Below, in pieces: positions 50,711 through 61,449 of a stretch of DNA of 64,000 nucleotides (positions within the stretch are counted from its first letter, which is position 1; each line of letters opens with the position of its first letter). The notes under the pieces are model-generated. The model saw only the letters and a list, made by a program, of their open reading frames with translations. It ran no database searches and was not told where the DNA came from. Source of the stretch: Heterodontus francisci (lineage: Eukaryota); assembly GCF_036365525.1 (NCBI RefSeq), contig NC_090407.1, forward strand, positions 25,448,084 through 25,512,083, read 5' to 3'. The translations under genes and the position numbers were made by a program.

Positions 50711-53700
50711 TTGGGGCTGGTCCCAGATATGAAAGGCCTTCGTGATGTTAAAAATTCCTAAGTTAGGTTAGCTTTTCTCTGCTGTGATGCATGCCCTCCA
50801 GCAGAGATTTGTTTTTTCTATTTTAAAAACATTTTGCCTCTTAACTTTTTTTGTTTATCTGAGTGCTGCTGGCCTCCAGAGTTGCCACCAAGCATGTGAA
50901 GCGACACAAATACCAGCCCAGTGGGTCCCTGGGTCGTGCCCCCTCCTAGAAAAGATAACAAAAACCCACCTCCAACACCAATATCCATGGGAGTTTTCTT
51001 TCCACCTGTGGTTTTGTTTATGGTCTGTAATTGTTGTTGTCCAATACCCACCCTCTACCACTGTTAATGGGTAAATGTGTTGAGTTGTAACCTACACAAA
51101 CCAATAAAATCTGAGGTTCATTTCCTTAGTGAAGCATGGTTAACGTATTCTTCTAGTAACAATCCTGCAGAACCCCTCTCCTTGTGTAATTACAAAGAAA
51201 TGCAGTTCCTAGATTAGAATCAGACGGTCTCAGAACTGTTCAGACACAGCAGTCGGCATAACAGATAGAACAAAGAAGAATCTGGAACAGCTGCTGGAGG
51301 CTGAGTGCACATGTCCTCGAGTAAAGTCAGTCATGAATTGGTTTAGTTTCTCGATCAATGTTTTAGGAAAGCATTCTACTTTGAAAGGAGAAATGCCATC
51401 CTTTTGAGAGGGGGTAGTTTCTGAGCTTTAACAGTTTGAATGGTCATCTGTCGATCTGCAAATGTGCACAACAGGTGAAAGGACTCCTTGCATCCTGAAT
51501 ATGGCAGTCAGTGAACAGCTTTCTAAATTAATAAGTGGTGTCATATTCTGACCTCTTTTTTTTGTGCCAAGGGCACTTGTTGCTAGGGTGACACTTGTGA
51601 ATTTCCACCACTGCACACCCACCACCCAGGCCCAGGGTATTGCTTTAATGAATACTCTAAGCTTCCCAGGTTGTGCTAGGAACTAGCTGTGTGTAAATGG
51701 GTTGTCTCTGCAGATTTGAGTGAACTCCATTGTCACATAATGTATGTACGGATTGTAAACTGGAGGGACATTAATCTATATAATATTCATCATTAAACAA
51801 TGTATCTTCTGGCTCACCATGAGCAACACCACAGGAGATCTGCTAGTACTAATTTAAAATTAGCAAATATGACTAGATTGACATTGGAGTAAAGGATATG
51901 GGTTCAAACTTCAAAACACAACATTTCTTAGGTGTAGTTTAAATACTAGATGTGGATAGGCTTAGCACTGCAGTGAATGATTGGAATTTGGAATTCATTG
52001 AAGGTTGGTTTGCAGGGTGGCAGGATGAGCATAGGTTTCAAAAACACTGAAGAGGACACAGATGCTATAGCACTTGTATATCTAGATACAATAACAGTAG
52101 TGACTGCACATTCAGCAATTGTTTCATACAGTTTGGAAGGCACATTCTTGAAGATCTCTAACTGGGCAATTGGAAATACAAGGGGCAGATCATAAGAAAC
52201 TGGCCATTTGACTCATCAAATCTTGCTGGTATTTTTCTCCATCTGAGCTATCTAATCTAATCCCACTTTCTTCTTTACTCTCCATACCTTTTAATATTCC
52301 TCTTTGCAAACATCTATCACATTTCCTGTTTAAAGGAATTTATGAACTCTACTGCAATGGTTTGTTTCCAAGAATTCCATGTTCTAACCACACTATGTAA
52401 CAAGCAAAATAGTGCACACTCATTACTGTCCCAGACTAGTAGAAAGAATCCTGTCACTATTTGCGTTATCATAATCTTGAAGATCTCTTATCAGGTCACT
52501 GCTCAACCTTCTCAGCTTCAGTGTAGAAAAAGCCCCTAACTTCTTGAGCCTCTCTTCAGAACTGCAGCCCCTCATCCTTGGTAATATTCAGTTGAATCAG
52601 TTGCATCTTTTCCATTCCTTTTAATAGAGTACCATAATTACACACTATTTTCAACTGTCTAAGGCCTCGTACAAGTTTAACGTTATATCTTTGCTTCGTT
52701 GCCTTGATCTAAAACCAATAATCCTATTAGATCCTTTATAGCCTCAGCTACTTGCACTGTCCCCCTTTTAATGGCCTGTGTATCTGCACTCTTAGGTCTC
52801 TTCGATACTCCATTTACAATTAACTTGTTATTCAAGTTATTATTTCCCTATTTTTTACTTTTAAGGTGAGTTTTTCTACATTGAATGGTATCTGCCATCC
52901 TACCAAAAGCCAAACTCCTATTTGAGGAGTCTACAGCACTATCATTGCTGAGTGCTCACCATTGACATCTTGGAGGTTATCATTGCCAGTAGTTTAACTG
53001 GACTAACTATCAATACTGGTTATGAGAGCAGGATAGAGGCTGGGTACTCTGTGACAAGTGGCTCACCTCCTGACCCCCCAAAGACTTTCTGCCCTCTTCA
53101 AACTTAAATTCAGAGTATGATGAAAAACTCGCCACTTGCTTAGATGGGTACAGAGCAACAATATTCAAGCAGCTTGACAATATCCAGGACATAGTGGTTC
53201 ACTAGATCAGTGCCCTTGGACTCGTATACACCCCCTCCATCACTGACACACTCGTTACTGTATGTAAGATCTCACTAAAGGTTACTTGAACTGCAATTCC
53301 TTTTCCTGCAGTCTCTATCACTAAGAAGGACAATATCATGGGAATATCATCACCTTCACATCCCCCTCCAATTTTGTACACTGGAATAGGTTTTCCTGCT
53401 CTCACATCTAGGGGACTTGGATTTCCTTTGCACAGCAACTATACAAGAGAGCTACTTTGAATTTTCTGTCCATTTCAAACTAATGGATGGAATGTTCTGT
53501 AAGTTCCCTTGTAGGCATGTGCTCCTCCCTGCCTGATTTTCCCTTTGTTTACTTAGTCAAGGCTCTCAGGCACTGGAGAATCTAACCCAGTATCTTTAGG
53601 GAGTGAAACATCTGGAGATATTCTGTCACAGAGGTGTGCAGTGGTGTTTGCGAACCTTTCCTGGTACTGTAACACTAGAATAGATCTTGAGCATAATCAG

Positions 53701-53711
53701 AACTTGTTATC

Positions 53712-53865
53712 AGTGAAATAAAAATAGAAAATTCTGGAAGTGCACAGCTAGTCGGATAGTATCTAAACAGAGGGGAAAAAGTCAAGTCAACAGGTCTGTT
53801 CTGTTTTGATACTGATGGACCTGCTCTGTATTTCTGGCATTTTCTGTTTTCCAAATTTCTAGCGG
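53712..53865. mobile_element. Old short palindromic Penelope-like remnant
   Basis: gaaataaaaatagaaaattctggaa ... tttctggcattttctgttttc, an inverted pair related to 15362-15590. Confidence 0.5.
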
Positions 53866-54789
53866 TTTTTAAAAATCTCATTATAATTACCTTGCAGGCA
53901 GTACAGAAGAGCAGGCAGAATGACTGGGGAAGTATAAGTTTAAAAAATATATATTTTTCCACCTTTGCTTGACTTGCTTTCTATTTAATTGGCAGTTAAT
54001 TGCATTAGTTAATTGTGTCAGTGTCACTGGGCAACCTCTGCTATTGTAAGGCATCATTTGAGTTGCAGTTCAGTGTTTTTAAGCAGTTTTTTAAAATCGT
54101 TGATCTCTTTTTATTTTTAGTGAGTTGATAGCCTAGTAATGTTTTTGGATTGGGGTGGTGGTGGGAGGGTAACAATATGTCCAGAAAGGACCTTTTCCCC
54201 AACAGTTTCTGTTCCATCTACCTTTCTTCCATTTACATTTGCAGAATTTGGGGAAATTACATTTGGCATCTTCTGCAAAAAGCTGTCTGTAAAATGCAGG
54301 GTTTCTCAAGTGGCGCACTGAGCTTAAAGTAACAACTTCAGCATTGAATGAGCAAAGAACAGAAGGGGTGGGACATGTACAAGTCCAAACATACAGATGA
54401 CATTGAAATAGGTTTCCTAGTGCCATGCCCAGGGGTATTGGATTGCCTGGGCATGGCATTTAGAGGGGAGAGCTCCTGATCAATGCTGTCTGTGTTACAC
54501 TCCGGTCCTGCACTAACTATAGAAGGAAGTTTTATCAGAAACAACAACAACAGCTTGTGTTTATATAGCATCTTTCATAGAAAGTTTAGAATCATAGAAA
54601 GTTTAAGGCACAGAAAGAGGCCACTTGGCCCATCGTATCTGTGCTGGCTGAAAAATTATCCACCTATTCTAATCCCGCCTTCCAGCATTTGGTCCGTAGC
54701 CCTGCAAATTACGGTACTTGAGGTGCATATCCGGACTCCTTTTGAATGAGTTGAGGATTTCTGCCTCAACTACCCTTTCAGAAAGGATT

Positions 54790-55480
54790 TTTGAAAAACT
54801 TTTAGAACTGAGTCACAAAAAGATCACTTACCTTTAACATCACATAATCCCCAAGGAGTGTTTACAGGAATGCAATCAACAAAATTTGATACTGAGCCAC
54901 ATAAGGAGATATTGGAATAGGTGACCAAAAGCTTTGTCAGAGGTAGGTTTTAAGGAGCATCTTCGAGGAGGGAAGAGAGTTGGAGGGAATTCGAGCTCCA
55001 GGCTTTGGCAGCTGAAGTCATGGCCAATGGTGGAGCAGTTAAAATCAGGAATGCCCGAGGCCAGAATGGGCAGAGCGCAGAGATCTTAGGTGGCGGCAGG
55101 CAGGTGGTGTAGGACTAGAGGAGATTACAGAGATAGAGAGTGGTGAAGCCATGAAATATTTGAAAGCCAGGATGAGAATTTTAACATCGAGCCATTGCTG
55201 GATCTGGAGCTAATGTAGATCAACGAGTATAGGGGAGATGGGTGAGTGGGACATTGTGTGAGTTAGGACACAGGCAGCAGAGTTTTGAATGAGCTCAAGT
55301 TTGCAGAGGATAGAACTGGAAGGCTGGCTCGGCGTGCATTGAAATAGTCACGTCTAGAGATAACAAAGACATGGATGAGGGTTTCAGCAGCAGATGAGCA
55401 GAGGCAAGGGTGAAGTCGAGCGATGTTACAGAGGCAGTCTTGGTGATGATGCGGATGTGTGGTAGAAAGCTCATCTCTGT
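54790..55480 (-). mobile_element. L2-like LINE 3' fragment
   Basis: Purine-rich + strand typical of reverse L2 3' region; minus strand reads HVFVISRRDYFNA (L2 HAFVTSRLDYSN-like). Confidence 0.6.
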
Positions 55481-55684
55481 ATGATGTCCTGTGTGGAACC
55501 TTTTATAATGAACTTTTATCCAGAGCTTGAAGGGTACTAGCTAGAGTCAGCACTCTGTGCAATGGACTGCGTCAGTTTCCAAAATTATGGATGGGGTTAG
55601 AAATTCTACTCCAGGCCACAAGAGAGGCTTGATTTCAATGTAATTTGAATGTTAAATCATAGTTAAATTGCAGAAATGAGTAAT

Positions 55685-56550
55685 GGAAATGTGAAATAAA
55701 AACAGAAAATTCTGGAAATACTCAGCAAGTGTGAAGGGAGAAACATTTAAAGTTTCAGGTTGATGACTTTTTGTCAGAACTGAAAGGAGTTAGAGGTGTA
55801 ACAAGTTTTAGCAACTACAAGGGCAGAGAATAGGTGTGGGGGGAAGTAAGGAAAGAACAAAAGGGAAGGTCTGAGATAAGGTGGAAGGCAGAAGTGGTTA
55901 AATGACAAAAGGGATAATGGTGCAAGGCAAAAAGGATGATAATTGGACAAATTAATAAATAAAAGATGGGTCTAGAGGAGCTGTAAATGACAACAGCAGA
56001 ATCAGTTACCAGCATCTGCTGTGTGCAAAAATGGGAGCAGTGGTTATGATCTGATATTGTTGAACTTAATGTTAAATAGAGAAGGCTGTAAAGTGCCTAA
56101 TTGGAAGATGAGGTGCTGCTCGTCAAGTTTCCATTGAGCTTCATTTAGAACAGTGTAGGAGGCTGAGGTCAGATTGGGTGGGAGAATTAAAATGACCAGT
56201 GACCGGAAGCTCAGGGTCATGCTTGCACACTGAACAGAGGTGCTGTGCGAAGTGATCACTGTCTGCTTTTGGTTTCCCCAAAATAGAGAAAACTGCATTG
56301 TGAGTGGTGAATACAGTCTACTAAATTGAAAGAAGTGCAAATAAATTGCTGTTTCACCTACAAGATGTTTTTGGGGCCCTGAACAGTAAGAAGGGCAGGT
56401 GTTACATCTCTTGCACTTGCTTGGGAAGGTGCCCTGGGCAGGGAAGTGGGTGTTGGGTGATTGAAGAGTGAACCGGGGTTCATTCCCAACAGATGCTGGC
56501 TGACATGCTGAGTATTTTCAGCATTTTCCAGTTTTATTTCAGATTTTTAG
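55685..56550 (-). mobile_element. Penelope-like element remnant with GIY-YIG endonuclease C-terminus and inverted partial pLTR
   Basis: EAQWKLDEQHLIFQLGTLQPSLFNIKFNN is the typical PLE C-terminal motif; ends related to 15362-15590; inverted terminal piece at about 56490-56550. Confidence 0.8.
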
Positions 56551-59500
56551 CATTTATTTTTAATGGAAATATGTAGTTGTGTTTTTGGTGCCTGAGTTAG
56601 GACTTGCTGTTGAAGTGCTTTTGGCCACATAAATCTCGACAAAGTCTCAACAGTCTTTTTCATTAATTTTTCTTTTGCAAAATTAGTTATTTCTTGGAAA
56701 CTCCCAGTCATTTTTATTGTTGTAAAAAGCTGCAAGTGCTCAGAATCAGAAATAAAGTCTGGAAATGTGTCAGAATTGGAAAGGATTTTTTTTTAATGTT
56801 TCTAGTGTAGATATTTATTCAGGATAGATCTGCATCTGTATTCTCTCGATCACTCCTGAATTGTCTGATTAACACCCCACCAAAAAACATAATTTCTGTC
56901 TTGTATACTTCAAAAAGAAAAGTACTTCATTGTGAAGTGTTTTGGGATTTCCTGAGGTCGTGAAAGGCACAGGTTTTGTCATTTTCTTGCACTCATTTTT
57001 TCCTATGCCTTAAAAGTAGTTAACCGGGAGCACATACAGGAAGTTATATTTTTTCATCTCTAGCTGCTTTGAAACTGCACTGTGTTCTATTTCACAGGGC
57101 AAAAAAGATTAGAGCTTTTGTCATCCTGTGTTACATCTCCTATCCCCATACAGCCTGGGGTTTTGTTCTTTCTCAGCATCTTGACCTATAAGATGGAGAG
57201 CTGTTTCTAGTTATTGTACAAAGCTGTGTAAATGTTTCAAATTCTGTTCACATACTGTAATTTTGTTCCCCTGTTTGGCTTCCTGACTGTGTGTGCGTAT
57301 TGGGTTGTGGTTAAAGTATGGTTTGTGACTGAGTATGTTGGCAGTTTTCACCAGTGTCAGCCTTTTCTTATACTGGCTAACTATCCTACCTCTGCTGAGA
57401 TCAGCAGCGTTCTCGCTGGGGAAGTGTGGAGTGTCCTTGACAATGTCACGTTCTTTGATATGGCAGATTTATATCCAGGAGCACTATCACGTGGCCTTGT
57501 TCAATGCAGACAGTATTCCTTTTAACAATGTGGGCAGGGTAAAGAGTGTAGAATGTTAATTCTTTGAAACTGTTCACCCGCATCAGAATGAAATAATTTT
57601 TATTTAATGTTAGGTCACCAATTGAATACAGGCTGCAAGCTCAACCTGTGCGAGAACAAAATGCCATTCCAGGTCTCTATTTGACACTTCAAATTGTATT
57701 GCACCAATCTTGTAGAGGTTCCAAGGCTGGATTTCATGGCTCTCTGAAAGTGGTAGTCACACTAAGCATTCCTACAGTGCTTTCCTTGTCCTGGAGACCC
57801 CTGTGGAACCCACTGTTCTGCAGAGAGCTTTGCCACATTCATGGGAATCTTGGAACTGGTCAGTGACTATCTTAAATACTGATATAATCTTTACAGTTTG
57901 AAACAGCCCATACTGCTACAAAGCTCTAGTGGCTGTGGTCTGTGCCTTCGAACAATTATTAAAATAAAAAAAAACACAATTTTAGTATGGGCAGGGTACA
58001 CACTTAAAATGGCAAGAGTCTGGCTGGTCTCAGCATGATGTTTGCTCAGTGCAGTAACAGACATGACAGTCATTTTTATCCCATCTGTGCACTGAACTTA
58101 GAGCTCTGACAACAATCTGATGTGAATTGTGATTTCCATCAGTTCTGACTTTGATAGTGCATCTGATTTGCTGTAGTTTCAAGTAGCGACATGAAGAAAG
58201 GTAGATTGTGTAGAATAGTTTAGAGGGAAGATTCAGTATTGCCACATTGCCTCTGTTTAGTTTAGGCCTGCCTGTGTTGTGAGATTCATGGAGAAACCCA
58301 GGAGTTAGTGAGCAATCACTATGTTTGCTGAACAGGTGGTTTTCATTGTGTGATTGTCACACGATTGTCAGAGGTTTAGAAGAGGCAGTGAGTCATGTAC
58401 AACTTGCCTATGCTAGGCAGAGTGATGTGATTCATATACATGTGTGCCCAGCAGAATATTGCACAAAAACATGAGTGTTAAATACAGTAGGGTGGGGTTA
58501 TTGTGGCAAATAAAGTTGACTGGAATCCTTAGTGGATTTACTCAGAAATTTGCCAGGGTAAATAAGGTGTTCTTTTCTGAGTGTATTAGGAACAGCTGGA
58601 TGAAAAAAGATCAAAGCCCATCAAATTTGTTTTCTATCATCCTGATAGCCCTGATAAATGATGGAGTTGTTGACTAATTATAATCAATCTCTATCCATTA
58701 GTCCAGTTGTTCTCAAACTGGGGTCCACAGATAGCTGGGCATTTGTAAAGACTTTCCAGGGTGTCTGTGATACAGGGCCAGCCTTGTGGGTGGGTGACCA
58801 CCTAGGGTGCCATGGTTGAGAATAATTGATGGAGCAGCAGCCAGAGGCTCCTACTCCCCCAGTGCTTTCTCCATGCTCTTGCTTCCTCCCTGCTCCTGCC
58901 AAGGGTGGGCAGACTGCAGTGAGAAGCAGGCATACATACCCCATCTCACGATCTGTAAGTAAATAACCTGTTTTCTTAAAAAAGCATTATTAAAACACCC
59001 TGTACATGCAGCACTTGCATATTACGAACTTATATAGTATTATAATTTAGATTGGGGGAGGTCCATGATTACTAATCCATTTGAAAAAGGTCCTTCAACC
59101 AAAAAAATTTGAGAACCACTGAATTAGTCTACAGTAGACCCAGATATGATGTGAGGAAAAGCCCAATGGTAGTCTCGGTCAAAAATCACCTGTTTTCCCA
59201 AGAATGCTGTATTGCATGTCTCCAATTTCTCACTTAATGTATTTCCATAGGATTTCTTTCAGAAAATAATATTTAATTTGAATGAATCAATACTGACTGC
59301 TTCCATAGTCTCCCTAGGGCTTCTGCTCCATCGATTGACAGCACGCTCACTGAAATAACTTTTCCACAGATTTGTTTTAAATCTGCCGATCTCCTTTCAA
59401 GGACAGACTGTACTCTCTGGCTCTGCTGTTCTGGACAACGTGAAACAGTTCCTCATGGCCTACGTTATAGATGCCCTTTTTTTGGAACCCTAAAAACTGC

Positions 59501-59647
59501 AAGCATGTCACCTGACAGCCCTCTTTTCTGGTGAAAACATGAACAGTTTACATAATCTCTCATCATAATCCCATCTCTCCATCCCCTTTTAACCATTTTA
59601 GTTGCTGTTCTGAATTTCAGTAGCTGCAAGGATAGACAGACTGCAGA

Positions 59648-60370
59648 GGGGAGGTGGTGGCGTAGTGGTAATGTCACTAGAGTAGTAACCCAGAGCCCCA
59701 GGCTAATGCTCTGGGACATGGGTTTGAATCCCACCACGGCAGATGGTGGAATTTGAATTCAATTAATAAATCTGGAATTAAAAAGCTAGTCTAGTGGTGA
59801 TCATGAAACCATTGTCGATTGTTGTAAAAACCCATCTTGTTCATTAATGTCCTTTTGGGACTGAAATCTGCCATCCTTACCTGCTCTGGCCTACATGTGA
59901 CTCCAGAGCCACAACATTGGGTATAAATGCCCTCTGAAATGGCCTAGCAAGCCACTCAGTTGTATCAAACTGCTACAAAGTCTAAGAAAAGGAATGAAAC
60001 CGGATGGACCACCCTGCATCGACCTAGGCACTGGAAACGGCAACGGCAAACCCAGCCCTGATGACCCTGCAAAGTCCTCTGGGGGCTTGTGCCAAAATTG
60101 GGAGGGCGGTCCCACAGACTAGTCAAGCAACAGCCTGATATAATCGTACTCATGGAATCATACCTTGCAGACAATGTCCCTGACGTCACCATCACCATCC
60201 CTGGGTATGTCATGGCTCACCGGCAGCACAGACCCGCCAGAAGTGCGGCACAGTGATATAAAGTTGGGAGGGAGTTGCCCTGGGAGTCCTCAACGTTGAC
60301 CCTGGACCCATGAAGTATCATGGCATCATGTCAAACATGGGCACAGAAACCTCCTGCTGATTACCAGCTA
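59648..60370 (+). mobile_element. 5' part of a CR1-group LINE with tRNA-derived head leading directly into an APE endonuclease
   Basis: A-box tggcgtagtggt, B-box gggtttgaatccc, then GLVPKLG...HRLVKQQPDIIVLMESYLADNVPDVTITIPGY..HRQHR. Confidence 0.8.
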
Positions 60371-61098
60371 CCAAAATTGGCTCAGTGACAGGGAACAAAG
60401 GGTAGTGGTTGACGGATGTTTTTGCGAATGGAAAGCGGTTTCCAGTGGCATTCCACAGGGCTCAGTGTTGGGTCCCTTGCTGTTTGTGGTATATGTTAAT
60501 GATTTGCCTTAAATGTGGGAGGCATGATTGGGAAATTTGCAGATGACTCAAAAATTAGCCGTGTAGTTGATAGTGGAGAGGATCGTTGTAGACTCCAGAA
60601 AAATATCAATGGTTTGGTTGAGTGGACGGAAAAGTGGCAAATAGAATTCAATCCGGAGAAGTGTGAAGTAATGCATTTGGGGAGGGCAAACAAAGCAAGG
60701 GAATACACAGTAAATGGGAGGATATTGAGAGGGGTAGAAGAAGTGAGAGACCCCAGAGTACATGTCCACAGGTCCCTGAAGGTGGCAGGACAGGTAGATA
60801 GAGTGGTGAAGAAGGCATATAGAATGCTTTCCTTTATTGGCCAAAGTATAGAATACAAAAGCAGGGATGTAATGCTGGAACTGTATAACACGCTGGTTAG
60901 GCCACAGCTGGAGTATTGCATACAGTTCTGGTCACCACATTACAGGAAGGACATAATTGCGCTGGAGAGAGTTCAAAGGAGATTTACAAGAATGTTGCCA
61001 GGACTTGAAAGTGGCAGCTATGAGGAAAGATTGGCTAGGATTGTTTTCCTTAGAACAGAAGAGGCTGAGGGGTGACTTAATTGAGGTGTACAAAATTA
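60371..61098 (+). mobile_element. CR1 LINE RT fragment nested in the tRNA-headed LINE
   Basis: GIPQGSVLGPLLF, KFADDSK, WQIEFNPEKCEVMHLG, QFWSPHYRKD. Confidence 0.92.
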
Positions 61099-61325
61099 TT
61101 TTTATTTTTATTTATTTAGAGATATAGCACTGAAACAGGCCCTTCGGCCCACCGAGTCTGTGCCGACCAACAACCACCCATTTATACTAACCCTACAGTA
61201 ATCCCATATTCCCTATCACCTCCCTACACTATGGGGAATTTACAACGGCCAATTTACCTATCACCTGCAAGTCTTTTGGATGTGGGAGGAAACCAGAGCA
61301 CCCGGCGAAAACCCACGCAGACACC
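61099..61325 (-). mobile_element. HE1-like V-SINE (5'-truncated)
   Basis: Minus strand gtgtctgcgtgggttttcgccgggtgctctggtttcctcccaca (V-domain) plus CR1-type tail and T-rich end. Confidence 0.85.
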
Positions 61326-61449
61326 CTCACCAATCTGTCGCAGATGCATCTGTCCATGACATTGGTGGTAGAAGTGACCACCACGCAGTCCTTGTGCAGC
61401 CAAAGTCCGTCTTCACACTCAGGGTACCCTCCATTGTGTTGAGTGGCAC
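61326..61449 (+). mobile_element. Probable continuation of the tRNA-headed LINE (APE C-terminus)
   Basis: LTNL/VADASVHDIGGRSDHHAVLV contains the APE SDH motif. Confidence 0.7.
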
